A DNA stretch of 64,000 nucleotides from a virus. Of this stretch, positions 6,683 through 15,157 are shown in pieces (position 1 is the stretch's first letter; every line of letters starts with the position of its first letter). The notes under the pieces were generated by a model. That model was not told where the DNA came from. It saw only the letters and a list, made by a program, of their open reading frames with translations, and searched no databases. Both the position numbers and the translations under genes were made by a program. The stretch is from the UHGV virus genome UHGV-0332176, one strand, 5' to 3'.

Positions 6683-7492
6683 TTATTCATCACCATACAT
6701 AATTGGTTCAGCATCATAAAAATAAGTTTCAACCTTATTTTCAACTTTTTTCATAATTGGTAATTGTAATTCTTGAACTTCACTACGCATTACCATATTA
6801 TTTTCAGGTCTTTTATCAGTAGGTATTTTAGATAATGTTTCTTCATCAAGAACTTTCATTACATTAACTCTTTTGAAATAAGACCCTCTTTTAAGAAATG
6901 GTTTAATATCATTAAAATTAATACCTTTTTCTTGAAATAGCATTTCATTCATTTCTGCTGTTGATTTACCTTGTAATTCTTTATGACTAAAATTTGCTTG
7001 TGCAACCATACTAACAGCATTTCGTGCAGCATCATTTTCTCGCCATACAAAAGCATTAGCTAATTCTATCATATTTGGTAATTGAAAGACACGACAATCA
7101 AAATTTGGTTTAAGATTTTCAACTTTTTCTTTTAATTTCGGATATTTCATACAATTTAAAACAAAAGATACAGTTGCCATTGATGCAAGAACAGATGTTA
7201 ATTTAAATAATCTTCCATCAAACGGTGCTTTACTCATATCTTCCCAAGCTAATGAAATTTCATCTGACTGAACATATCCAAGTTTTGCATTTGTCTGTTT
7301 TACTAAATCTTGACAAACCTCTCTCATAACTGCAACAAATTCCATATCAAATGGTTTATCTAATCCACGACAAAAAGTATGAAAAGCACGACCATCTAAT
7401 CTAACATATACAGGTAATCTTGGCATTAACATTGTTGATGTTGTTAATGCTTCATAAGTTTTCATACGGTCTCCCAAATTATCATTTATCAT
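6683..7492 (-). CDS. Thg1-like protein (tRNA-His guanylyltransferase family, 3'-5' nucleotidyltransferase)
   Basis: PVYVRLDGRAFHTF (Thg1 RxDGRxFHxF motif), VQSDEISLAW (GQSDEYSF), RLFKLTSVLASMATVSFV. Start placed at internal ATG 7492 (RBS AAGGA); 7465 (RBS GGGAGA) is also possible. The 7594 start in the ORF track would overlap the upstream gene by 100 nt. Confidence 0.8.
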   Translation of the reverse strand: MINDNLGDRMKTYEALTTSTMLMPRLPVYVRLDGRAFHTFCRGLDKPFDMEFVAVMREVCQDLVKQTNAKLGYVQSDEISLAWEDMSKAPFDGRLFKLTSVLASMATVSFVLNCMKYPKLKEKVENLKPNFDCRVFQLPNMIELANAFVWRENDAARNAVSMVAQANFSHKELQGKSTAEMNEMLFQEKGINFNDIKPFLKRGSYFKRVNVMKVLDEETLSKIPTDKRPENNMVMRSEVQELQLPIMKKVENKVETYFYDAEPIMYGDE

Positions 7493-7493
7493 T

Positions 7494-7844
7494 TTAATAT
7501 CCTTTAAATTTACTACAAAAACAAATCCGTTTTTTTCTTCTTTTTTCTCTTTTAAACATTGCAAAATCAATTCTTTTACAAATTGTATTTTCAAATATGT
7601 AATTTTCTAATTCAGTTAAAAAACTGTTATATAAATCATAATTCCAAATTTTACCTTTATATGGTTTTATCATATTTTTAATATGTGCCATTTGTTCTAC
7701 AGAAAAGTAATTTAGTCTAATATATAAACAAGTATTTTTCCATATTCTTAAAGATAAACAAGGTATATTATATGGAAACATTGTATTTGTTAATTTATTA
7801 ATATACCTATCACAAACAAAATTAACTTTTTTCTTATTTCTCAA
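7494..7844 (-). CDS. Hypothetical protein
   Basis: ORF immediately upstream of the Thg1-like gene; several possible internal starts. Confidence 0.4.
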   Translation of the reverse strand: MRNKKKVNFVCDRYINKLTNTMFPYNIPCLSLRIWKNTCLYIRLNYFSVEQMAHIKNMIKPYKGKIWNYDLYNSFLTELENYIFENTICKRIDFAMFKREKRRKKRICFCSKFKGY

Positions 7845-7853
7845 TTAAACTTC

Positions 7854-8012
7854 TCCGTTTATTTCTTTACATTCATATAATTTTAAAGTTAATTCTTTGT
7901 TTTCAAACATTTTCTTTGCTGTTTGAAATTCCTCTACTGAATCACAAGATAAAACTTCAGTATTTATATTACCAACATCATCTCTCATAATCATTTCAAT
8001 AACATATTTCAT
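7854..8012 (-). CDS. Small hypothetical protein (52 aa; MKYVIEMIMRDD...), not in the ORF track (<60 aa)
   Basis: Strong RBS GGAGGAGA; ATG overlaps the stop of the upstream gene (TGATG coupling). Confidence 0.45.
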
Positions 8013-8239
8013 CAGTTTATCTCCTCTCTAAGAGTTTTATTATATTTTGAAGCATTTTTTAAAACTTTATTAAATGTTTCAACTTCAACTTCACCTGTTT
8101 CAGGATTTAAATATTCCGAATAAGTTAAATCACATTTATCGTGATAACTTACATCAAGAATTAAAAGTTGTTTTTTTCCTTCTGTTATTAAACCACTTTC
8201 ACCAGCAGAAACACTATCAATTTTTATAAAGTATCTCAT
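8012..8239 (-). CDS. Hypothetical protein (75 aa)
   Basis: Intact ORF, translationally coupled to the downstream small gene. Confidence 0.5.
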   Translation of the reverse strand: MRYFIKIDSVSAGESGLITEGKKQLLILDVSYHDKCDLTYSEYLNPETGEVEVETFNKVLKNASKYNKTLREEIN

Positions 8240-8248
8240 AAAAACTCC

Positions 8249-8536
8249 TTAATTTGTTTTATAACGACAAGAACCAACTTCATAACCTTTTTCTTTTAAA
8301 AGATTATTAAAATTCCATTGATTTGTACCACCAGTATAATCTTTACGATGTTCAGCAGTCCGATACATAATAAACATTGAATGATTTAATGGACAACTTC
8401 TAACATCAGCAGTAGAAATATAATACAATTGTCCATTCCAATTAAAAAAACCAGAACAATAGTAATAATTGGCGTGCAATTCAATATCTGTTCCACCAAG
8501 AATCTCAATTGCTTTTTTTAAAGATACTTTTTTCAT
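8249..8536 (-). CDS. Hypothetical protein (95 aa)
   Basis: Intact ORF preceded by a sigma70-like promoter. Confidence 0.55.
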   Translation of the reverse strand: MKKVSLKKAIEILGGTDIELHANYYYCSGFFNWNGQLYYISTADVRSCPLNHSMFIMYRTAEHRKDYTGGTNQWNFNNLLKEKGYEVGSCRYKTN

Positions 8537-8572
8537 TGTTATAATCTTTCATTATTTGTTATTGATAAAGTT

Positions 8573-8600
8573 AATATAACATAGAAGAATTATTTGTCAA
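8573..8600 (-). promoter_or_regulatory. Sigma70-like promoter TTGACA-N16-TATATT (minus strand)
   Basis: Plus-strand tgtcaa at 8595-8600 and aatata at 8573-8578; one of many recurrent ATTTGTCAA (minus-strand TTGACAAAT) sites. Confidence 0.45.
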
Positions 8601-8612
8601 TAGAAAAAAATA

Positions 8613-8643
8613 AAAAATCCAAGAATTTTTCTTGGATTTTTAT
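8613..8643. terminator. Rho-independent terminator hairpin (aaaaatccaagaa/ttcttggattttt)
   Basis: Perfect inverted repeat flanked by A/T runs, downstream of the 8660..8959 gene. Confidence 0.6.
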
Positions 8644-8659
8644 AAAATATATTAATTTT

Positions 8660-8959
8660 TTATTTTGTTGGCTTAACTTTTGCATATGAAATAATTCTAA
8701 ATGGATTTTTAAGATACCAATCACGATTAAATTTATGTTTAATAGCGTGATAAAATTTTCCTTTTGATGGTGATTTAATCCATTCAAGATAATCGTGTCT
8801 TGTTAAACCTCTAACGATATATGTTTTTGGATTTTTTTTAACTTTGAAGGTAATTATTTCTTCACCAGGAAAATAACGATTTCTACGTCCATAATAAGAT
8901 ACATCTTGTAACCAAGATGAATTAACTAATTTTTCTTGTAATAATGTACTTATTTTCAT
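8660..8959 (-). CDS. Hypothetical basic protein (99 aa) immediately downstream of the tail fibre gene
   Basis: Intact ORF starting 13 nt after the tail fibre stop. Confidence 0.55.
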   Translation of the reverse strand: MKISTLLQEKLVNSSWLQDVSYYGRRNRYFPGEEIITFKVKKNPKTYIVRGLTRHDYLEWIKSPSKGKFYHAIKHKFNRDWYLKNPFRIISYAKVKPTK

Positions 8960-8971
8960 AAAAATCCTTAA

Positions 8972-11900
8972 TTATTCAATAATAATATTATTTTTTCCAC
9001 GTAAATAATCAATAGTTATCAAAATTGTTCCTGCTGTTGAAACTTGAATAACAGGTAAAGAACCTGCGTCATTTCCAACAGGAATAAATTTTGTAATTAA
9101 CTGCATATTTTCATCTAACAATTCCAAATATAATGTATAATCTGAAAAATTATATTCTAATGTATAATCAGAATCATCATCAATAATTTCAAAAGTTGTT
9201 GGGTCAACTTTCTGTAAATCTCTTTCAAAATTAAATACATATTCAAAACCTGTTTCAGGAATTACCATCCAATATGAAGGATTAAATAATTCGTGAGCAT
9301 CATTTGAAGTATGTGCTTGTTTACATTGATAATATCTATCTTGATAAGCAACTTTATCATCAACTTGATATTGAGTTGCTGTTACCCAATTTTGATAATA
9401 ACTTGAATTAATATCACGTTTAGTAACGTCTAATATATTTCTATTAAATAATAGGCGAGCTGAATCTTCATTATTACTTGCTACAATAGAAATATATTTA
9501 ATATCTTTTAAATCAACCGTTAAACCAGTATCTGAATCTTTACCTTGTTTATAAACATCTTCCCACATAGAAATTTTACCAGTACGTCCTGCATCTTCAT
9601 CAAATGATGTTGATGAAGTATGTGCTTGACTACACATATAATAATATGTTGATGTTACTCCATCATATTCTTCATCGTGTTTTATAATATCACCAACTGC
9701 ATAATATAAATTTGGTTCCCAAGTTAAAGTATTTTCATTAATTTTATTAACTATTGAATAAAATGGTCGTCTAATATTAAATGATAATTGTTTTAAATTT
9801 ACGAAATCTCCATAAATTCCTTTATCAAAAAAGATAATAGGGATTCTTGTTTTCATAATTGTTTGAATAGCTTGATAATCAATACCAACACGATTTTCTG
9901 TTGATGCTAATTTATTAACATATTCAACGTTTGGAATAGCATCATTATCTGAAGCAATTCTTTCGGCATATGATAAATTAGTGTGTGTAGAATCATCAAT
10001 AACTAAATAATTATCACGAGTTGTTTGAAATGTGATTTTTTGACCACTTTCATAGCTACGAATAACATTACCATTTAAGTCCAGAGCTTTATTTAATAAA
10101 ACAGATGGAGTATAATAATTTACTAATTGCCAATATTCAGCATTATTTGTGGTAATATCAGTTGATGAAGTGTGTTCTTTTAAACAAATATAAATATTAT
10201 AACCAATTTCAAAAGGTATTTGAACATAATCATTAACATTATATGTTACACCAACTTCCCAAGTTGAATAAGATGCATTATTTCCACCAAGTTCTAAATG
10301 TCCATAAAAACCAGAACCTAATTCAACATCTCCTGTTAAATTTGTACCACTTATTGTAACTTTATTATTATTAGAAGCATCTCCTTGTTCAATTGTAATA
10401 CCATTAGTTAATGGACGAACAACTTCTTTTCCATCAATAATTTCAGTATTATATAATCCTTTAACTAAATCATCCCCATTTGGAGTAGCTAAATAATCTA
10501 AAAATACCCATTTTGGTTGATAAAAATCAAATTGATAGATTCTTTTGGAACTCATTTCAGGGTCTAATGTGTCAATATTATTTAATGTTGAATTATTTGT
10601 AAAACGAGTAGCAATTGTATTACTTTCTGTAACGTTTTTATCAAATAAAGAATTAATAAATGTTAAATATTCAGTTCTTTCGCTTAAAGTAATAATAGAT
10701 TTTCCTAATGAACAATTACTAAATCTATTTCCAATAAATGAACCATTTGAAGTTTTATTATTTTCATTATAAGAAGTTATATTAATTGCTTGATTTGTAA
10801 TATCTTTAAATAAGCAATTATTAAATAAAAACCAACTTAAATTATTTGAAATATTTACACCATTTCTAGCATTTTCAAAAATGCAATTAAAGAAATGTAC
10901 ATAAGAAGAATCTTGTAAACCTTGTGATTTAAAAATATTAACTAATGTTGAACCATTACCATTTTGTATATCAGAATAACCAATGAATTTAACATTTCTA
11001 AACCAAACATCATATGTTGAACCTAACAATAAAACAGTTTCTAATGTACTTTCAGACACATCAAAAGTCATATCTTCAACAATAATATTGTGTGCAATTT
11101 CTCCATTAACACCATATTTGTTTGTTGATGATAAATCACTTAAAACATAATTACTATCTAATGTTGTTAATAAAACATTCAAACCATTTTCATAACTATT
11201 TGTTTTAATAATAGTTCTATCAATTCCTTCACCTTTTAAATGAATACCAGTTGGTAATGCTAATGGTTTAGAATTAATAATATATTCACCAGCAGGAACT
11301 AACATTGTTTTGAAGCAATCAGGTTTATTATCTGCACAATAAACAGTTAATATAGCATTATAAAAAGCATCTGAATCATCAGTTGTTCCATCGCCCAATA
11401 CACCAAAATTTTTAACTGAACAATAATCATCTAAAACTTCTTGAATTGTTCTATCAGAAGGTGGTGTAGCATTTTCTGTATAACTTGGTTCAGTTGTAAT
11501 ACCAATAATATCAAGAATTCCACCTTGTTCTTGACCTTCACCATTTTCTAAAACAAGTGTTTCTCCATTGCTAATAATTTGAATTTTTCCACCTTCAACA
11601 ACTTGTGCTTTAACACCTAAATTTAAAGAATTTATTTTATCACAAAATCCTTGAGCATCTGTTTCTTTATCAAATGTAATTGTTTGACCATTTATAACAA
11701 TTGTTGTTCCAGCTGGAATAGATGGATACAATTTGGAACCTGTTACAATTATAGGTAATTTACTACCATTACCATTTGAATAAACATATTTAATCATATC
11801 CAAATTATCACTAAATTCAGTTAAAACCTGAATATTACCATATGGAAATGTATTAGATTGAATTCTTTCTTTTAATTTTGGATTATTTGGATTACCAATA

Positions 11901-12016
11901 AACAAACTATTAGTATCAGTTGCTAAACCAAATTCACCTTCGTGTAAATCTGTTAATTCACTTTGATTACCACGTCTATGTTGTATTAATGCAATTTGTT
12001 TTGTATTTTTTGCCAT
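8972..12016 (-). CDS. Tail fibre / tailspike protein with right-handed parallel beta-helix (pectate-lyase-like fold)
   Basis: 1014 aa. Conserved phage-fibre N-terminal motif IALIQHRRGNQSELTDLHEGEFGLATDTNSLFIGN. Repeated N-x-C rung motifs (FNCIFENA, NNCLFKD, SNCSLGK) and Asn/Gly/Thr-rich C-terminal half. Confidence 0.7.
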   Translation of the reverse strand: MAKNTKQIALIQHRRGNQSELTDLHEGEFGLATDTNSLFIGNPNNPKLKERIQSNTFPYGNIQVLTEFSDNLDMIKYVYSNGNGSKLPIIVTGSKLYPSIPAGTTIVINGQTITFDKETDAQGFCDKINSLNLGVKAQVVEGGKIQIISNGETLVLENGEGQEQGGILDIIGITTEPSYTENATPPSDRTIQEVLDDYCSVKNFGVLGDGTTDDSDAFYNAILTVYCADNKPDCFKTMLVPAGEYIINSKPLALPTGIHLKGEGIDRTIIKTNSYENGLNVLLTTLDSNYVLSDLSSTNKYGVNGEIAHNIIVEDMTFDVSESTLETVLLLGSTYDVWFRNVKFIGYSDIQNGNGSTLVNIFKSQGLQDSSYVHFFNCIFENARNGVNISNNLSWFLFNNCLFKDITNQAINITSYNENNKTSNGSFIGNRFSNCSLGKSIITLSERTEYLTFINSLFDKNVTESNTIATRFTNNSTLNNIDTLDPEMSSKRIYQFDFYQPKWVFLDYLATPNGDDLVKGLYNTEIIDGKEVVRPLTNGITIEQGDASNNNKVTISGTNLTGDVELGSGFYGHLELGGNNASYSTWEVGVTYNVNDYVQIPFEIGYNIYICLKEHTSSTDITTNNAEYWQLVNYYTPSVLLNKALDLNGNVIRSYESGQKITFQTTRDNYLVIDDSTHTNLSYAERIASDNDAIPNVEYVNKLASTENRVGIDYQAIQTIMKTRIPIIFFDKGIYGDFVNLKQLSFNIRRPFYSIVNKINENTLTWEPNLYYAVGDIIKHDEEYDGVTSTYYYMCSQAHTSSTSFDEDAGRTGKISMWEDVYKQGKDSDTGLTVDLKDIKYISIVASNNEDSARLLFNRNILDVTKRDINSSYYQNWVTATQYQVDDKVAYQDRYYQCKQAHTSNDAHELFNPSYWMVIPETGFEYVFNFERDLQKVDPTTFEIIDDDSDYTLEYNFSDYTLYLELLDENMQLITKFIPVGNDAGSLPVIQVSTAGTILITIDYLRGKNNIIIE

Positions 12017-12118
12017 CTTAAATAAACCTTTAACATCATATATGATTATTTATTTAATAAATGTTTGAATAAACCTATTGATTGCATTAGAAAAATTAAA
12101 TCATTATTCTCTTTTTAT

Positions 12119-12715
12119 TTAAGTTAAATCAATCCCTAATTCTTTGGCTTTATTTAGTAATTGAACTCTATTATAACATTTCATTCTTTTTAAAATATTT
12201 GTTATATGAACTTTAACAGTAGATTCTGAAATATTCAATTCATATGCTATCTGTTTATTAGATAAACCTTTATTGATTAATTTAATAACATCAATCTGCT
12301 TATTTGTTACAATTTTCTTAAATGAATTAATTACTAAATTATTTGGAAAGTATGTTTCATTTAATAAAATCAAATTAATAATGTTAAAAATTTTATCATT
12401 GGAATACTTTTTAGAAATATATCCAGCAACATTATATCTCATATAATTAACTATATCAGTTGAAATATATTCTGATGTTAAAATAATTAATTTACCATTT
12501 AAATTTTGTTTTTGAAAAAATGATAAAATAGTTAAAATATCAATTTTTGGAGTTTTTGTAATAAAAATCAAATCATATTGGTTAGATAGAATATTATTTT
12601 TGATATTATTATAATCACAGCAAGCATTAATTTCACAATTTTCATCAATATGTGTTAATAATTCTTTTAATCCTGTAATATACAGTTCTTCATCATCTAT
12701 TATAAGTATTTTCAT
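12119..12715 (-). CDS. LuxR/FixJ-family transcriptional regulator with degenerate receiver domain (pseudo-response regulator)
   Basis: C-terminal HTH LSNKQIAYELNISESTVKVHITNILKRMK closely matches NarL/LuxR. N-terminal receiver-like MKILIIDDEE, but the phospho-acceptor position reads DLIFITK (Thr where Asp is expected). Confidence 0.8.
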   Translation of the reverse strand: MKILIIDDEELYITGLKELLTHIDENCEINACCDYNNIKNNILSNQYDLIFITKTPKIDILTILSFFQKQNLNGKLIILTSEYISTDIVNYMRYNVAGYISKKYSNDKIFNIINLILLNETYFPNNLVINSFKKIVTNKQIDVIKLINKGLSNKQIAYELNISESTVKVHITNILKRMKCYNRVQLLNKAKELGIDLT

Positions 12716-12950
12716 TTTTAACCTCTTTTCTGTTATGAAATTAACACAATAATTTAGAAGTTAATAATAATGCTTTTGGAAGTATAACATATAAGACTTA
12801 ATAATTAGTTTCCAATATATAAAAAATTTTATAAAAAAATTATGTAGTAAAATCAATAAGTTAATTAATTAAAGTTATATAAATGATAAAATATTAGACA
12901 ATAAATATTTTTGTAAAAAGAGAGCATCACAATATTTTGAAAGGTTAAAA

Positions 12951-13412
12951 ATGAATACATCTTATGAAAAATTATCATTTTATAATACATTTTTTGGTGG
13001 CTCAATTGATGGCGATAATATTATTTCTACCGATTTTTATGGGAATAAACAAGTCGTTGGTGTAACAATGAAAAAATATCAAGATACATTAGATTTATTA
13101 AACACATATTATAATAAATTAATTGAACTTGGTATTATTGAAAAAGAAAAAACTCCTGAAGATATTGCAAAAGAACAACAACAAATGATGCAAGCTATGT
13201 TTGCACAAATGCAAATGATGCAAGAAAAGTTAGATAGTTTACAATCAAAAAATAATGAAGAAATAATTATGAAAGGTGAAAATGATGAACGTGAATCAAA
13301 TAGCGAATATGTTAGCACAGAAATTCAATCTGAATCCAAATCAGCAGACAAACTTAACCCAGTCAATAGAAAAAGCAAGAACACTTCTAAATTCAGTAAA
13401 CAATCCGACTGA
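12951..13412 (+). CDS. Hypothetical Q/M-rich coiled-coil protein
   Basis: 153 aa; RBS GAAAGG; low-complexity C-terminus overlaps the next ORF. Confidence 0.5.
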   Translation: MNTSYEKLSFYNTFFGGSIDGDNIISTDFYGNKQVVGVTMKKYQDTLDLLNTYYNKLIELGIIEKEKTPEDIAKEQQQMMQAMFAQMQMMQEKLDSLQSKNNEEIIMKGENDERESNSEYVSTEIQSESKSADKLNPVNRKSKNTSKFSKQSD

Positions 13413-13677
13413 TGCATTATCAAAAGCTAATATTGACCAAGGATTTTTAGAAAAAATTAAAGGATACTTAAATAATCCAATGTATAGTTTTTTATTACCT
13501 ATGATTGGAATTGATAAAAAAGTTGCTTTACAAAAAATAGATTCATTAGAACAAATGTTAAATAATCAAACTAATAATCCTATGACATTGCCTAATGAAT
13601 CTCAACAATCATCACTCCCAATGAGTCAGAATGATGATTTAGAAAGATTTAGAAAAGGTCTAAATTCTTTCAAATAG
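13285..13677 (+). CDS. Hypothetical protein (N/Q-rich); start uncertain (ATG 13282/13285 after RBS AAAGGTGA)
   Basis: ORF in the +1 frame relative to the upstream ORF, overlapping it by ~130 nt. Confidence 0.45.
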   Translation: MNVNQIANMLAQKFNLNPNQQTNLTQSIEKARTLLNSVNNPTDALSKANIDQGFLEKIKGYLNNPMYSFLLPMIGIDKKVALQKIDSLEQMLNNQTNNPMTLPNESQQSSLPMSQNDDLERFRKGLNSFK

Positions 13678-13729
13678 GACTCAATTATTATTATGTATAT
13701 TATTCAAATATTATTAAAGGAGAATTATT

Positions 13730-14314
13730 ATGAATGAAATTATGTCAAATGATACAACATTTAGTTGGGGTTGGGTAATCTTCTTAATCTTAATTTTATG
13801 GTTCTTTGTTGGTGGTAATGGCTTTGGCTTTGGTTATGGAAACAGAGCAGGAAGTTTTTTAGCTGGTGATGTATTAGGTCAAATCCAAGGTCGTGATGCT
13901 TCATTAAGCTGTGGTGCTTCAAACTGTGAAGTTGAAAGACGTAGCTTAATTACTGCTGCTGATACAAACTTTAGAATTATTGACCAAGCTCAACAAACTC
14001 GTAGTGTTGTAGAAGCTACAAGTGCAACAACAAATGCTAAAATTGATTTCTATGCTTACCAAGATTTAAGAGATAAATTAGCTGAATCACAAAGAGAAAA
14101 TATGATGTTACAAAACAAATTATATTCTGATGCTAAATTCGGTGCAATTGAAGCTCAATTAGCTTCTATCTCTTGCAAAATGGCTAAACAACCAGAAGTC
14201 TATGCAACAAGTGCTGTTTGTCCAAATGCTGCTGTTGTAAATGGTTTAGGTTTTAATGGCTTTACATATCCTGCTCCATATTCTTATGGTTGCAATGGTA
14301 ATGTTTTAGCTTAA
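13730..14314 (+). CDS. Membrane-anchored Gly-rich protein with GC-rich (high-expression) codon usage
   Basis: N-terminal TM WGWVIFLILILWFFVGG followed by GNGFGFGYGN. Codon usage (GGT/GCT/CGT/AAC) matches the capsid and tube genes. Strong RBS AAAGGAG. Confidence 0.65.
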   Translation: MNEIMSNDTTFSWGWVIFLILILWFFVGGNGFGFGYGNRAGSFLAGDVLGQIQGRDASLSCGASNCEVERRSLITAADTNFRIIDQAQQTRSVVEATSATTNAKIDFYAYQDLRDKLAESQRENMMLQNKLYSDAKFGAIEAQLASISCKMAKQPEVYATSAVCPNAAVVNGLGFNGFTYPAPYSYGCNGNVLA

Positions 14315-14330
14315 TTTAAATAAACTTATC

Positions 14331-14354
14331 GGGTGATGAGTAACATCATCACCC
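14331..14354 (+). terminator. Perfect 9-bp stem-loop (gggtgatga-gtaaca-tcatcaccc) after the highly expressed gene; weak U-tract
   Basis: Inverted repeat read directly; lies between 13730..14314 and 14376..14714, which share identical RBS context. Confidence 0.4.
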
Positions 14355-14375
14355 TTGAATTAAAGGAGAATTATT

Positions 14376-14714
14376 ATGAATTGTTTTTGTGATATTTTAC
14401 ATATTAAAAGCACCTCTGTTGCATATAATGCTGCTACAGCAGATGCTCCATCAAACTTATTAATTACATTACCAAATGTTACTTTAACAAACGGTCAAGT
14501 ATTTACTTTGGATATTTGTCAATCAATACCTGAAATTCCAGCAAGTGATAATCCACAAGTAATGTTAGTAATTAATTCATCACCATATCCTGTTTATTTA
14601 CAAATGGGTAATTATGTGAGAGCAAATAGTTTAAAATGCCGTAGAAGATTAACAATGGTTTATGGAACAGACCCACTTCATATGACTGTTTTATCACCTT
14701 GTTTAAAATATTAA
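14376..14714 (+). CDS. Hypothetical protein (112 aa)
   Basis: Identical RBS context attaaaggagaattattATG to the previous gene. Confidence 0.55.
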   Translation: MNCFCDILHIKSTSVAYNAATADAPSNLLITLPNVTLTNGQVFTLDICQSIPEIPASDNPQVMLVINSSPYPVYLQMGNYVRANSLKCRRRLTMVYGTDPLHMTVLSPCLKY

Positions 14715-14782
14715 TTTAAAGGAATTAAGTTGTTGTATGCCTTTATTCATTTATTGAGTAAAGGCATCTAAAAGGATTAAAA

Positions 14783-15157
14783 ATGAGTTGTAAATTTAAT
14801 GTTAAAAATTGTATTACTTGTCCAAAATATAATGGTTGTTTATTACAAATTGTTTACACAAATACAATAAATTTATTAGATATGATAAATGAATTATCAA
14901 GTAATCAACAAAAAATTGTACAATCATTAATTCATATTCAAAATTCTGTTTATCCGAAATCATTAGAAGATAGTATTGAATTATTTTCAAATGTTGATGA
15001 AATTTCATCAAAGTTAGATATATTAACAAAAATGTTAGAAAATAATGAAGAAGATAAAAATGAAATGAATATTGATTTAAGTCAAATACAAACAGCATTA
15101 GCAAATATAAAATTAAGAATTGATAATCTTTTAATTGAAAGGGATAAAAATGCTTAG
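14783..15157 (+). CDS. Hypothetical protein, N-terminal CxxC pair and coiled-coil C-terminus
   Basis: 124 aa ORF. Confidence 0.55.
   Translation: MSCKFNVKNCITCPKYNGCLLQIVYTNTINLLDMINELSSNQQKIVQSLIHIQNSVYPKSLEDSIELFSNVDEISSKLDILTKMLENNEEDKNEMNIDLSQIQTALANIKLRIDNLLIERDKNA

Noticed and set aside
8590-8787. 65-aa minus ORF
   Set aside because: Spans a clear terminator hairpin and promoter, and overlaps the better-supported 8660..8959 ORF.
10545-10772. 75-aa plus ORF
   Set aside because: Antisense within the tail fibre gene.
8972-12016. Possibility that the Mtd-like N-terminal motif of the tail fibre marks a diversity-generating retroelement target
   Set aside because: No reverse transcriptase ORF and no template-repeat/variable-repeat pair found in the window.
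13109-13318. 69-aa minus ORF
   Set aside because: Antisense to the plus-strand gene array; Cys/Ile-rich nonsense composition.
14814-15104. 96-aa minus ORF
   Set aside because: Antisense inside 14783..15157; typical AT-rich antisense frame.
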